A stretch of 64,000 nucleotides of DNA from positions 416,001-480,000 of the forward strand of contig CAWDRG010000009.1 in NCBI GenBank assembly GCA_963804645.1, read 5' to 3'. Both the position numbers and the translations under genes were made by a program. Positions 30,055 through 40,893 of the stretch are shown piece by piece. Positions within the stretch are counted from its first letter, which is position 1, and each line of letters starts with the position of its first letter. The DNA is from an uncultured Bacillota bacterium (GTDB lineage: Bacteria; Sysuimicrobiota; Sysuimicrobiia; Sysuimicrobiales; Segetimicrobiaceae). The notes below the pieces were generated by a model. That model ran no database searches, was not told where the DNA came from, and was given only the letters and a program-made list of their open reading frames with translations.

Positions 30055-30525
30055 ATGGACATCACCGTGCAGAGCATCGTCGAGCATCTCGATGAGATGT
30101 GGACGCTGGTGCTTGAGTCGGTGCATGGGGTCGATGAGACGCTCTTCCAGTGGTGCGCGGGACCGGAGTACAATTCCCCGGCGATTCTCCTCCGCCACCT
30201 CGCCGGGAGCGAACGGTGGTGGATCGGCGAGGGCATCGGCGGCGTGCCGGCGCACCGCAATCGCGACGCCGAGTTCGTCCACGATACGCCGCGCCGCGCG
30301 GAGGTGCTCGCGTCCGTGGAGGAGGCGCGTGCGCTCACGCACCGCGTGCTGGCGAATGTCACCGCGGGGGATCTCCAGGAGCCCACGACGCCGGCCGTGA
30401 AGCGCGACGGGACGCGGCCCAGCAAGATGTGGGCGCTGCTGCACTATCTCGAGCACCTCGGCTACCATCGAGGACAGATTCTGCTGATCCTCAAGATGGG
30501 CCGGCAGGCGCTCGCGCGGCGTTAG
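30055..30525 (+). CDS. DinB/DUF664-like protein
   Basis: NSPAILLRHLAGSERWW, RNRDAEF, EHLGYHRGQI. Confidence 0.82.
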   Translation: MDITVQSIVEHLDEMWTLVLESVHGVDETLFQWCAGPEYNSPAILLRHLAGSERWWIGEGIGGVPAHRNRDAEFVHDTPRRAEVLASVEEARALTHRVLANVTAGDLQEPTTPAVKRDGTRPSKMWALLHYLEHLGYHRGQILLILKMGRQALARR

Positions 30526-30536
30526 CCGCCGATCCG

Positions 30537-31061
30537 ATGCGCTGGGAACTGTGTCCCCGCACGCACGAACGGCTCTCGCGGATCGTCGACGCGCTTGAAT
30601 TCTCCCACGTCAACCCCGCGCGCATCTTTTGCGTCCGCGGGTATGGCTCGACCTCGGAGGCATGGGCCCGGATCTGGGGCCTGCCGGCGCTGTGGCAGCA
30701 GGTCCTAGGCATCGGTCCCGCTTACGTGGTGGAGATCATCGAACCGGAGTTCGGCCGGCTCCCCGAGGCCGAACAGGACCGCATCCTGATCCATGAGCTG
30801 CTGCACATCCCGCGGACCTTCAGCGGCGCGATCCGGCCGCACCGCACGCCGACGTTTTCGATCACGCGGCGGACGGTGGAACGGTATTATCAGCGCTACC
30901 TCGCAGCCGGCGATCTCCACGAGGCCGCGGGCGCCGCGCCGGACGATCGGATCAACCGAGCCCGGGCGCTTGGCGCGGCGCCTCCGGTCGTGCCCACGCG
31001 AGCCGCGGCCGCGCACCACCGGATCGCCCGTCGCCCCGCCCGCGTGCGGACCACCCGCTGA
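30537..31061 (+). CDS. putative HExxH metallopeptidase (COG4900-like)
   Basis: ARIWGLP..WQ...GP.YVVE...ILIHELLHIP.TFSGAIRPH; ATG at 30537. Confidence 0.72.
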   Translation: MRWELCPRTHERLSRIVDALEFSHVNPARIFCVRGYGSTSEAWARIWGLPALWQQVLGIGPAYVVEIIEPEFGRLPEAEQDRILIHELLHIPRTFSGAIRPHRTPTFSITRRTVERYYQRYLAAGDLHEAAGAAPDDRINRARALGAAPPVVPTRAAAAHHRIARRPARVRTTR

Positions 31062-31200
31062 GGTCGTCGCGGGCGCCCGTGTGACCGAACGGCGCGCCGG
31101 CGCCGGCCCCGGACCTTTCGCGCGCCCGGCGCCGTAGTGTAGAATGCAGATGGTGGCGCCCCGCGAGCGGGTCCATCGCTCTTCGAGCAGAGGTGGATAC

Positions 31201-31596
31201 ATGGAAAACCCAATGAAGCTCTTCATCCTGGCCGTGGTGGCGCTGATGATTCTCGGTCCCTCTCGGTTTGCGGGGATCGGCAGCACGCTCGGCCGCACGA
31301 TCCGGGACTTCCGCAACGCGCTCCGCAGCGCCCAGGACGAGGCGCGGCAGACCTTCAGCGAGTTCACGGACGGGGCGTCGGACACGGTGCACGAATTCCA
31401 GCAGGCGCTCCCCGCGCCGGATCTGATGCCGGAGTCCCCGTTTGCGTCGACCTACAGCGCGGCGTCCCCCGCGGGGTCATCGGAGTCCGCGGCGCCCGCG
31501 GCCTCCGGCGCGGAGGGTGACGATCCCGCGTCGCTCGCATCCGAGCCGACCGCCGCGGCGGCGCGCGAACTGGCCCGGCAGGCCCGATCCTCGTAG
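31201..31596 (+). CDS. twin-arginine translocase TatA/TatB-family subunit
   Basis: N-terminal TM, LGP hinge, amphipathic LGRTIRDFR helix, acidic disordered tail; GAGGTG SD. Confidence 0.8.
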   Translation: MENPMKLFILAVVALMILGPSRFAGIGSTLGRTIRDFRNALRSAQDEARQTFSEFTDGASDTVHEFQQALPAPDLMPESPFASTYSAASPAGSSESAAPAASGAEGDDPASLASEPTAAAARELARQARSS

Positions 31597-31609
31597 CACG
31601 GACGGCGCG

Positions 31610-32276
31610 GTGACCGACGCCCATCCCGCGCCGCCCCGCACCCCGGCCGACCCCACGCGGCTCTACCTCATTCGCCACGGCGAGACCGACTGGAACGTCG
31701 ACGAACCGCTACCAGGGACAGATCGACAGCACCCTGAGCGACCGAGGACGGGCGCAGACGGAGCGGCTTGCCGAGGCGCTCGCCCAGGTCCCGCTGCAGG
31801 CGGTCTACAGCAGCCCCCTGTCCCGTGCGCGCGAGACCGCGCAGGTGGTTGCGGCCGTGCACGGGCTCCCGGTGGTCACCCTGGACGGTCTCCGTGAAGT
31901 CGGGATGGGCGAATGGGAAGGGCTCACGGAGCAGGAGATCACCGCGCGCTTCGGGGACGTGCTGACGGCGCGGCGGCGGGACCCGGAACGCGTGACCCCC
32001 GGCGGCGGGGAGTCGCTGGTCGCGCTGCAGGCGCGCGGGCTCGACACGGTCCGGCAGATTGTGGCGCGCCATCCGTGCGGGACGGTCGCGGTGGTCGCGC
32101 ACGGCGGGCTCAACAAGACGATTCTGCTGGCGCTGCTCGGCGCGCCGCTCGGTCGCTACTGGACGATCCGCCAGGACAACGGCGCGATCAACGTGCTCGA
32201 GTTTGACGCGCGCGGTGCGCGCGTCCAGCTGCTCAACGAGACGGCGCATCTGCGGGCGTCGTCTGCGGCCCCGTAG
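31610..32276 (+). CDS. histidine phosphatase (phosphoglycerate mutase family), one frameshift near 31700-31706
   Basis: LYLIRHGETDWN in one frame continues as RYQGQID..LS..GRAQ...YSSPL.RA..T...LRE...G.WEG...GES...VVAHGG in the +1 frame. Confidence 0.85.
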
Positions 32277-33531
32277 GGAACGGGAGAAACGCCAGCAGCG
32301 CCAGCAGCGTACAGCCCCCGGCGATCAGCGGGATCAAACGGAGCCCGATGCTGTTGGCGGGGGTGTAGCCGAGCGTGAGCAGCAGGCCGAGCGCGACGGA
32401 GGCCGCGGCCGAGGCGGCGTTGAGGATGAGCCCCTGGACGGCGTAGTACATGGCTTCGCGCGCCTCGTGGGTGCGCGTGCGGTCGGCCTCCGCGATGTCC
32501 GCGAGCAGGGCGTTCGGCAGGACGAGCAGTCCAGCGAGCGGGGCTGCGGCGAGTACGACCAGCACGTACCCTTGGACGCCGGGGGCGAACGGCAGGCCCC
32601 GCAGGCCGATCACGCCGATCAGGGGGACGATCACCGACGCCGCGCCCAGGGTCCACCGGAGCGCCCGGACGGTGCCCACCGCCCGGGTCAGCCGCGTGAG
32701 CAGTGGAAAGACGGCGAGGGTGCACGCGAATGTCACCCCGAGCACCGGTCCGATATTGTCCTGCTGCATCAGCACGTTGATGACATACACGATCGACGAG
32801 TTCACCATGCTCGTGCCGAGCCAGAGGAGCGTGAGGGTCAGCACGTAGATGCGGAACGCCCGGTCGCCAAGGACGGCGGTCACCTCGGACCAAAACGCCG
32901 GCGGGGCCGCGTCGGCGGTCGCCGACGGTTCGCGCACGCCCGCCACGACCAGCCACAGCATGGCGAGACCGGCGAGGCCCACCACGCCCCCCATCGTCGC
33001 GAACCCCCCGTGTTTGATGAGCCACTCAGATGCCAGCACGACGACGCCGAAGCCGCCGATCGACGCGGCCGCCTGCCATGACGCGACCGCGACGCGGCCG
33101 CGGCCGCCGGGCGTGATGTCGGGCAGCAGCGCCGCGTACGGGTTCATCGTCAGCGAGAAGAAGAAGTAGAACCCGACCAGCACCGCGAGCACGTAGAGAA
33201 ACAACGCGGTCCCGGACCACGGGGGCGGCACCCACAGCAGCATGTAGCAGCAGGCCAGCAGCGGCGCGCCCACGGCGATGAACGGGCGGCGGCGGCCCCA
33301 CGGCGTCCGCACGCGGTCGCTCCAGAACGCCGTCGGAGGATTGCTGAACGCGTTGACGACGCGGCCGCCCCCGAGCGCGAGGCCCATGAGGAACGGCGTG
33401 AGCCGCGCCGTGCCGTTGGGGGGCAAGTAAAAGTAGACCGCCCACAGGACGATCGTCTGCAGCATCATGCTGGCGCCGAACGCACCGGCGCTGTAGAGGG
33501 CGGGCCGGGTCGGCCGGAGCGTTGGGTCCAC
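32233..33531 (-). CDS. MFS transporter (glycoside-pentoside-hexuronide-like)
   Basis: SDRVRTPWGRRRPF, PYAALLPDIT, LLADIAE..REAMYY; about 12 TM; 3' end overlaps phosphatase gene convergently. Confidence 0.85.
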   Translation of the reverse strand: MDPTLRPTRPALYSAGAFGASMMLQTIVLWAVYFYLPPNGTARLTPFLMGLALGGGRVVNAFSNPPTAFWSDRVRTPWGRRRPFIAVGAPLLACCYMLLWVPPPWSGTALFLYVLAVLVGFYFFFSLTMNPYAALLPDITPGGRGRVAVASWQAAASIGGFGVVVLASEWLIKHGGFATMGGVVGLAGLAMLWLVVAGVREPSATADAAPPAFWSEVTAVLGDRAFRIYVLTLTLLWLGTSMVNSSIVYVINVLMQQDNIGPVLGVTFACTLAVFPLLTRLTRAVGTVRALRWTLGAASVIVPLIGVIGLRGLPFAPGVQGYVLVVLAAAPLAGLLVLPNALLADIAEADRTRTHEAREAMYYAVQGLILNAASAAASVALGLLLTLGYTPANSIGLRLIPLIAGGCTLLALLAFLPFPTGPQTTPADAPSR

Positions 33532-33535
33532 CGGG

Positions 33536-34114
33536 TTAGCGCGTGAAGATCGGGAGCGTCCCCAGGGAGATCAACTCGGGGTCCTGGTACCCGCCCTCCT
33601 CAAGCAAGACGGCCGCGCGCGCCACGACCTGCGCGCCGACGCGGCGCAGCAGATCGTCGACCGCACGGAGGCTGCCGCCGGTGCTGACGACGTCGTCCAC
33701 CACGGCGACCCGCGCGCCGCTGAGTCGCGAGGCTTCCGCGCCGTCGAGCACGAGGGTCTGTACGCCCGCCGTCGTGATCGACTGGACGTTCACGGTGAGC
33801 GGGTTCTTCATGTACCCCTTCACGCTCTTGCGGCAGACGACGTACGGGAAGTACCGTCCGCTCTGCGGGTCCGAGAGGTACGTCGCGACCATGTGCGCGA
33901 GCGGCAGCGCCTTGGCCTCCACCGACACCACGTACTCGAAGCGAAACGCCCGGAGCCGTTCGGCGAGCAGCCGGGCGCTGAGGTTCGTCAGTTCGACGTC
34001 GCCCCACAGCACGAACGCCGCGATCCACAGCGAATCGGTGATCGGCACGACGGGAAGTCGGCGGCGTAGTCCCGCGACGGTGATCTCGTACGTCTCCTGT
34101 CCTTCGTACTTCAT
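33536..34114 (-). CDS. type I phosphoribosyltransferase (adenine-PRT-like)
   Basis: EAKALPLA, RKSVKGYM, PRPP motif VAVVDDVVSTGGS; ATG at 34114 after GGGAGG. Confidence 0.85.
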   Translation of the reverse strand: MKYEGQETYEITVAGLRRRLPVVPITDSLWIAAFVLWGDVELTNLSARLLAERLRAFRFEYVVSVEAKALPLAHMVATYLSDPQSGRYFPYVVCRKSVKGYMKNPLTVNVQSITTAGVQTLVLDGAEASRLSGARVAVVDDVVSTGGSLRAVDDLLRRVGAQVVARAAVLLEEGGYQDPELISLGTLPIFTR

Positions 34115-34207
34115 GCGCGTCCCCTCCCGCGTGGCCAGGGTGCGACACTCCTCTTCGGGTACGGGTGCCGCTGCCCCTGTGCCGGGCGGGCCGAGCGCGC
34201 CGGTCGC

Positions 34208-34236
34208 TTGTGCTGGCACAGAGGCGTCCTTATAAT
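34208..34236 (+). promoter_or_regulatory. aro operon promoter
   Basis: TTGTGC-N17-TATAAT. Confidence 0.6.
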
Positions 34237-34260
34237 TGGGGGGACGCACGCGGGGGAGGC

Positions 34261-35153
34261 ATGACACGGGGATCGACGCGGCGACCACGGTCGTCGGGGT
34301 CATCGGAGGCGCGGCCCGGGGAAGCCTGTCCCCGCGGATGCACAACGCGGCGTTCGCGGCGCTCGAATTGAACTGGTGCTACGTGGCGTTTCCGGTGCCG
34401 CGGGAGGGCCTGGAGGACGCCGTGCGCGGGCTGGCGCCGCTTGGGATCGCCGGTGCCAACGTCACGGTGCCGCATAAGGAAGCCGTGCTCGCCTACCTGG
34501 ATGAGACCACCGAGGATGCGCGCGCGATCGGCGCGGTGAACACCGTACGCGTCGACGGCGGCCGCCTCGTCGGGCACAACACGGACGGTACCGGCATGCT
34601 CGACGCCCTCCGCCGCGACGGCGGCGCCGCCGTCGCGGCAGCGCGGGCGGTGATCGTGGGCGCCGGCGGCGCCGCGCGCGGCGCCGCGTTCGCGCTCGCC
34701 GGCGGCGGGGCCGGGTCCGTGGTGATCGCCAACCGCAATTGGGATCGCGCGGCCGAGCTGGCCGAGCGCGTGCGCCGCTTCGCCCCGGCCTGCACGGTCG
34801 AGGCGGTGCCGCTCGACGGCCCGGGCCTGGCGAGCGCCCTGCGCGATGCGGATCTGCTGATCCAGGCCACGACCGTCGGCGCCGGCGCGCAGCGCGGAAT
34901 CTCCCCGGTGGCGCCCGGCGGGCTCCACCGCGGGCTGCTGGTGATGGACATGGTCTACGAGCCGCGCGAAACGGCGCTGCTGCGCGATGCGCGCGCGAGG
35001 GGCTGCCGCACGCTCGGCGGGCTCGCGATGCTCGCGTACCAAGGCGCCCGGGCGTTCGAGATCTGGACCGGGCGTCCGGCGCCGGTGGACGTGATGCGCG
35101 AGGCGCTCGGCCTGCCGCGCGAGCGGATCGCCGAAGATCGTACGGGGCGGTGA
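34261..35153 (+). CDS. aroE: shikimate dehydrogenase (start uncertain; possible single-G deletion near 34268-34271)
   Basis: [50 protein letters not shown] track start TTG 34236 overlaps the -10 box. Confidence 0.93.
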
Positions 35154-35157
35154 GACG

Positions 35158-36288
35158 ATGCTGCGCTTCCTGACCGCGGGTGAGTCGCACGGGCGGGGGC
35201 TCGTGGTGATCGTGGAGGGCATGCCGGCGGGCGTGCCCCTGTCCGAGGACGAGATCAACGTCCAACTCGCCCGGCGCCAGCAGGGCTACGGCCGCGGCGG
35301 CCGGATGCAGATTGAGAAGGATCGCGCCGAGATCCACTCCGGCGTCATGAGCGGCACGACGATCGGCGCGCCGATCGGGCTCGCGATCGCGAACAAGGAC
35401 TGGCGCAGAGACGAGCCGCCGATTACCCGCCCGCGTCCCGGCCACGCGGATCTTGTGGGCGCGCTCAAGTACCACTTCAACGACGTGCGCCGCGTCCTTG
35501 AACGGTCCAGCGCCCGGGAGACGACGGCGCGGGTGGCCGCCGGGGCGGTGGCCCGAGCGCTCCTGTCGCAGTTCGGGATCGCGCTCGCCAGCCACGTCGT
35601 GGAGCTGGGCGGGATTTCCGCGACCCGGCGCCCCGAGCGGCCCGAAGAGATCTCGGCCGCCGCCGAGGCCTCGCCGCTGCGCTGCGTCGACCCCGAGGCG
35701 GAATCGACGATGGTGGCCGCGATCGACGCGGCGCGCGAGCGGGGCGACACGCTCGGCGGCGTGTTCGAGGTCGTCGTGACCGGCGTGCCGGTGGGCCTCG
35801 GCACGTACGTGCAGTGGGACCGGCGTCTCGACGGGCGTCTCGCGCAGGCGATGATGTCGATCAACGCGATGAAGGGCGTCGAGATCGGCCGGGGGTTTGA
35901 GGAGGCCAGGCTGCCCGGGTCCGCCGCGCACGACGAGATCTTTTATGACGCCGACCGGGGATTCTACCGCGAGAGCAATCAGGCCGGCGGCACCGAGGGC
36001 GGGATGACCACGGGTGAGCCGCTCGTCGTCCGCGTGGCGATGAAGCCGCTCAGCACGCTGCGCAGCCCGCTCGCCTCCGTCGATCTCGTCACGAAGGAGC
36101 GCGTCGAGGCGGCCGTGGTCCGCAGTGACGTCACGGCCGTGCCCGCGGCGGGCGTGATCGGCGAGGCGATGGCGGCGCTCGTGCTCGCGGACGCCATGAC
36201 GGAGAAGTTCGGAGCCGACAGCCTCGAGGAAATGCGCCAGGCCTACGAGGCGCACCGGCGGTGGCTGCGCACGGGGCCGGAGGCCTGA
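35158..36288 (+). CDS. aroC: chorismate synthase
   Basis: [43 protein letters not shown]. Confidence 0.98.
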   Translation: MLRFLTAGESHGRGLVVIVEGMPAGVPLSEDEINVQLARRQQGYGRGGRMQIEKDRAEIHSGVMSGTTIGAPIGLAIANKDWRRDEPPITRPRPGHADLVGALKYHFNDVRRVLERSSARETTARVAAGAVARALLSQFGIALASHVVELGGISATRRPERPEEISAAAEASPLRCVDPEAESTMVAAIDAARERGDTLGGVFEVVVTGVPVGLGTYVQWDRRLDGRLAQAMMSINAMKGVEIGRGFEEARLPGSAAHDEIFYDADRGFYRESNQAGGTEGGMTTGEPLVVRVAMKPLSTLRSPLASVDLVTKERVEAAVVRSDVTAVPAAGVIGEAMAALVLADAMTEKFGADSLEEMRQAYEAHRRWLRTGPEA

Positions 36289-36289
36289 T

Positions 36290-37943
36290 GTGCCCGTGCG
36301 CCACAACGTCGTGCTCATCGGGTTTATGGGCACGGGCAAGACCGCGGTCGGGCGCGCGCTGGCGGCGCGCCTCGGACTGGCGTTCGTCGACACCGACGCG
36401 GTCGTCGAGGAGCGCGCCGGACGGCCCGTCGCGCGCATCTTCGCGGAGGACGGCGAGGAGCGGTTTCGCCGGTTGGAGTCGGAGGCCGTCGCCTCGGCCG
36501 GGGATCGCGAAGGGGCGGTCATCTCCACCGGCGGCGGCGTCGTCCTTCGGCCGGAGAACATGGCGCGCCTGCGGCGGCGGGGGATGGTCGTGGCGCTGCG
36601 CGCCGCGCCCGAGGCGATCGTCGCCCGCGTCGGCGCCGGCGCCGACCGGCCGCTGCTCGGGGATCACCCCGAGGAGCGCGTCCGCCGGCTCTTGGAGGAA
36701 CGCGGCCCGCTGTACCAGGATGCCGATCTCGTGGTCGACACCTCCAACCTCTCCGCGGACGAGATCGCGCGCTGCATCGAGGCGTTCGCGATGACGTGGA
36801 AGGGTGCCGCCCCGTCGGGGCCGTCCGCCGCCACGGCCGTGCCCGTCGAGACCGTCCGCGTGAACGTGGGTCCGCGCGGCTACGAGGTGCGCATCGGCAC
36901 GGGCCTGCTGCGTGGGATCGGCGCGGACCTGCGGCGGTGCGGGGTGGCCGGGAAGATCGCGGTGCTCACGCATCCGCGCCTCCGCGCGCTGTACGGCGGC
37001 GCGCTCGTCGCCTCGCTCGAGGGCGAAGGGTACGAGGTCGCCACGGTCGAGGTCGCGCCGTCGGAGGCCAGCAAGAGCCTCCGCGTGGCGTCCCGCGTGT
37101 ACGATGCGCTGCTCGACGCAAGGCTCGACCGCGCGTCCGCGCTCGTCGTCCTCGGGGGCGGGGTCGCGGGCGATCTCGGGGGGTTTGTGGCGGCGACGTT
37201 TCTCCGCGGCATCGCGTGGGCCGCGGTCCCGACGACGCTGCTCGGGCAGGTCGACGCCGCGATCGGCGGCAAGACCGCCGTGAACCACCCGCGCGGCAAG
37301 AATCTGATCGGCGCGGTGTATCAGCCCGCCCTCGTCGTGGCCGACATCGACACGCTCGCGACCCTGCCGCTGCGCGAAGTGCGGTCCGGGATGGCGGAAG
37401 TGATCAAGACCGGGGTCATCGGCGCGCCCGATCTGTTCACGTACCTGGAGGAGCACGTGCGCGCGGTGCTGCGGCGGCGGGCCGACGCGCTCGCGTGGGT
37501 CGTCGGGCGGTGCGCGGCGTACAAGGCGCAGATCGTCGCCGGCGACGAACGCGAGGAGGCCGGGCGCATCGTGCTCAACTACGGCCATACGATCGGCCAC
37601 GGCATCGAGGCCGCCGCAGGGTACCGCGGGCTGACGCACGGCGAGGCGGTCGCCGTGGGGATGACGCTCGAGGCCGCGATCGCGGTGCGGCTCGGCGTCG
37701 CGGACGCCGCGGTCCTCGAGCGCCAGACGGCGCTGCTGCGCCGCGCCGGGCTGCCGACCCGCTTGTCGGAGCTCCGCCTGCGGCGTCCCCCGCAGGCGGC
37801 GGCGGTCGCCCAGGCGATGACACACGACAAGAAGGCCCGCGTCCGGACGCCTGCGGTTCGTACTGCCGGCCGCGATCGGCCAGACGGTGGTGCGCGACGA
37901 CGTGCCCGCGCGGCTTCTCGAGGAGGTGCTCGGCGATGGCTAG
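36290..37943 (+). CDS. aroKB: shikimate kinase / 3-dehydroquinate synthase fusion (frameshift near 37841)
   Basis: [12 protein letters not shown] (AroK) then [37 protein letters not shown] (AroB); after DKKAR the +1 frame reads [12 protein letters not shown] to TAG 37943. Confidence 0.93.
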
Positions 37944-38379
37944 GGTGCTGGTGATCCACGGCCCCAACCTCAACCTACTGGGCCGCCGCGAGCCGGACGT
38001 CTACGGGACGGTGACGCTGGCCGAGATCGACCGCCGCCTCCAGACGCTCGCCGGCGAGATCGGCGCCGAGGTCGAGACGTTTCAGTCGAACCACGAGGGC
38101 GCGATTCTCGACCGCCTGCACGAGGCGCCGGGACGGTACGACGCGGTGGTCCTCAACGCCGGGGCGCTCACGCACTACAGCATCGCGCTGCGGGACGCGA
38201 TCGCCGCGATCGCGGTGCCGGTCATCGAAGTGCATCTGTCGAACGTACACGCGCGCGAGCGGTTTCGACACCGGTCGGTGATCGCCGCGGTCGTTGCCGG
38301 ACAGATCGCGGGCTTCGGCGCGGACAGCTACCTGCTGGGGCTGCGCGCCGCGGTGGCGCTCGGGCGTCCGACCCGCTGA
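37936..38379 (+). CDS. aroQ: type II 3-dehydroquinate dehydratase
   Basis: [42 protein letters not shown] 37936 after GAGGAGG. Confidence 0.97.
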   Translation: MARVLVIHGPNLNLLGRREPDVYGTVTLAEIDRRLQTLAGEIGAEVETFQSNHEGAILDRLHEAPGRYDAVVLNAGALTHYSIALRDAIAAIAVPVIEVHLSNVHARERFRHRSVIAAVVAGQIAGFGADSYLLGLRAAVALGRPTR

Positions 38380-38461
38380 CGCGCGGCGCGGGAGAGGACG
38401 GACGAAGCTCCCGTCGAAGCACGGGAAGGTCCCGCCGCCGGCGCGGATCGAGGAGGACACG

Positions 38462-38833
38462 ATGCGGTTCCACGGCATCCGCGGCGCGATCACCGTCGAG
38501 GCCAACACGTCCCAGGCGATCCTCGACGCCACCCTGGGACTGCTCCGGCGCATGACCGCCGTCAACGACATCGAGGTGGACGACATCGCCAGCGTGATTT
38601 TCTCGATGACCCCCGACCTGAACGCCGTGTTTCCCGCGGAGGCGGGCCGCCAGTTGCCCGGATGGAGGCAGGTGCCGCTGATGTGCATGCAGGAGATCCC
38701 GGTGCCGGGAGCGCTCGAGCGCTGCGTACGCGTGCTGATGCTCGTCAACACCACGAGAACAATCGACGAGATCCATCACGTGTACCTCGGCGGCGCCATA
38801 CAGCTGCGCCCCGATCTGGTCCCGCGGTCGTGA
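38462..38833 (+). CDS. aroH: AroH-type chorismate mutase
   Basis: GIRGAITV, TPDLNAVFPA, C.QEIPV, HVYLGGA..LRPD. Confidence 0.95.
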   Translation: MRFHGIRGAITVEANTSQAILDATLGLLRRMTAVNDIEVDDIASVIFSMTPDLNAVFPAEAGRQLPGWRQVPLMCMQEIPVPGALERCVRVLMLVNTTRTIDEIHHVYLGGAIQLRPDLVPRS

Positions 38834-40110
38834 CGCCGCTCGTCGTCACGGCGCGGGCGCCCCTCCGCGGCGTGATCCGCGTCCCTGGAGACAAATCGAT
38901 CTCGCACCGGGCGGCGCTGCTCGGCGGCATCGCCTCCGGCACGACCACCGTGGACGGGTTTCTCCGCGGCGAGGACTGTCTCGCGACGGTCGGGTGCCTG
39001 CGCGCCATGGGCGTGCGCGTCGACGACGACGGCACGCGCCTGGTGATCCACGGGGGCGCGCTGGCCGAGCCGGCGGACGTGCTCGACGTCGGCAACTCCG
39101 GCACGACGATCCGGCTGCTGTCCGGGATCCTCGCCGGTCAGCCGTTCCACAGTGTGGTCACGGGGGACGCGAGTATCCGCCGACGACCGATGGACCGCGT
39201 CGCGACGCCGCTGCGCCGCATGGGCGCGCGCATCGGCGGCCGGCAGGGCGGGCGGCTCGCGCCGCTGGCGATTGACGGCGGCGGCCTCAAGGCGATCGCG
39301 TACGAAACGCCGGTGGCGAGCGCGCAGGTGAAGTCGGCGGTGCTGCTGGCCGGATTGTTCGCGGACGGCGAGACCGTCGTGCGGGAGCCGTCCCAGAGCC
39401 GGGATCATACGGAGCGGATGCTGGTCGGGTTCGGCGTGCCGGTCCTCCGCGACGGCCTCGCCGTCCGGCTGCGCGGACCCGCGCGGCTCACCGGGACGGC
39501 GCTGCGCGTGCCGGGAGACCTGTCCTCGGCCGCGTTCTTCCTAGTCGCCGCGGCGCTCGTGCCCGGGTCCGAGCTCACGGTCGAAGACGTCGGCCTGAAC
39601 CCCACGCGCACCGGGGTGCTCGACGTGCTCGAGCAGATGGGCGCGCATGTCCGTGTGCACGGGCGGCGCGAGGAGGGCGGCGAGCCCGTCGGCACCGTGA
39701 CGATCCGCGCGTCGCGCCTGCGGGGCACGGTGATCGGCGGGACGATGATTCCGCGGGCGATCGACGAGCTGCCGGTGATCGCGGTCGCCGCGTGCCTCGC
39801 CGAGGGCGAGACCGTGATCCGAGACGCCGCGGAGCTGCGCGTCAAGGAATCCGACCGCATCGCCTCGCTCGCGCGCGAGCTCGGAGCGCTTGGGGCGAAG
39901 GTCGAGCCGCGGCCCGACGGCCTCGCGATCGTCGGCGTGCCGCGCCTGCACGGCGGCCGCGTGTCAAGCGGCGGCGATCACCGGATCGCCATGGCGATGG
40001 CGGTCGCGGCTCTGTGCGCCGACGGCCCGGTGGAGATCGACGATCCGGCCTGCATCCAGACGTCGTTTCCGGAGTTCGAAGAGACCCTCCACCGCGTGGC
40101 CGCCGGGTGA
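38830..40110 (+). CDS. aroA: EPSP synthase (class II)
   Basis: PGDKSISHR, GNSGTT, RRPM.R, SAQVKS, RDHTE, ELRVKESDR, DHRIAM; GTGA coupling. Confidence 0.97.
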   Translation: MTPLVVTARAPLRGVIRVPGDKSISHRAALLGGIASGTTTVDGFLRGEDCLATVGCLRAMGVRVDDDGTRLVIHGGALAEPADVLDVGNSGTTIRLLSGILAGQPFHSVVTGDASIRRRPMDRVATPLRRMGARIGGRQGGRLAPLAIDGGGLKAIAYETPVASAQVKSAVLLAGLFADGETVVREPSQSRDHTERMLVGFGVPVLRDGLAVRLRGPARLTGTALRVPGDLSSAAFFLVAAALVPGSELTVEDVGLNPTRTGVLDVLEQMGAHVRVHGRREEGGEPVGTVTIRASRLRGTVIGGTMIPRAIDELPVIAVAACLAEGETVIRDAAELRVKESDRIASLARELGALGAKVEPRPDGLAIVGVPRLHGGRVSSGGDHRIAMAMAVAALCADGPVEIDDPACIQTSFPEFEETLHRVAAG

Positions 40111-40865
40111 TCTACGACCTGCCGCACGTCCTGTTCGTGGCGGTCGTCGTCTGCGTCGCCGCCACGGTCAAGGGCACGGTGGGGTTCGGGTTTCCGCTGA
40201 TCGCGATTCCCGTCCTCTCGGCCGTGTTCGGGCCGCGCTTCGCGATCCCGGTCGTCGTCCCGGCCACGCTCATCAGCAATACGATCCTCGTCAGCCGGGG
40301 CGGCGGCGCCGGGACCGGGTCCGTGGCCCCGTTCGTTCTGACGATCGCCGCGCTCGCGGTCGGGACGGTCGGGGGCGCGGTGCTGATGCACGGCCTGAAC
40401 GCGGGCGTGCTGGAGATCCTCGTTGGGGCGATGTCGCTTCTGTACGTCGTGACGACGGCCTTTCGCCTCACCGAGTCCATCCCGCCGATTGCCGGGCGCC
40501 GGGCGGCCCCGGTCGTCGGGCTGGTGACGGGGCTGCTCGGCGGGTCAACGGGGATCTTCTCGCCGGTCCTGGCGAGCTATCTCCACATGCTGCGGCTCGA
40601 CAAGCGGGCGTTCGTGTTTTGGATCACGATGATGTTTTTCGCAGGGAACGTGGTGCAGGCCGTGAGCTACTTCAAGCTCGGGCTCTACGGCGGGACGGTG
40701 CTCGGGACGGCGCTGCTCGCCTGCGTGCCGATGGCGATCGGGACGTGGCTCGGCCTCGTGCTCCAGGAACGCCTCCATCCCGTCGTCTTCAGCCGCGTCG
40801 TCCTGGTCCTGGTGTGTCTGACCTCGATCAACCTGATCGTGCAAGGCGTGCTCGCGCGCGGGTAG
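40107..40865 (+). CDS. sulfite exporter TauE/SafE-family membrane protein
   Basis: KGTVGFGFPLIA, G..GG.TGI.SP; about 8 TM; GTGA coupling to aroA. Confidence 0.82.
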   Translation: MIYDLPHVLFVAVVVCVAATVKGTVGFGFPLIAIPVLSAVFGPRFAIPVVVPATLISNTILVSRGGGAGTGSVAPFVLTIAALAVGTVGGAVLMHGLNAGVLEILVGAMSLLYVVTTAFRLTESIPPIAGRRAAPVVGLVTGLLGGSTGIFSPVLASYLHMLRLDKRAFVFWITMMFFAGNVVQAVSYFKLGLYGGTVLGTALLACVPMAIGTWLGLVLQERLHPVVFSRVVLVLVCLTSINLIVQGVLARG

Positions 40866-40893
40866 CGCCGCCGCGCACGACCGGAGGGACCGG

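Noticed and set aside
36796..38379. 527-aa ORF as an AroQ fusion
   Set aside because: Alternate-frame read-in; AroQ has its own ATG at 37936 with a strong SD
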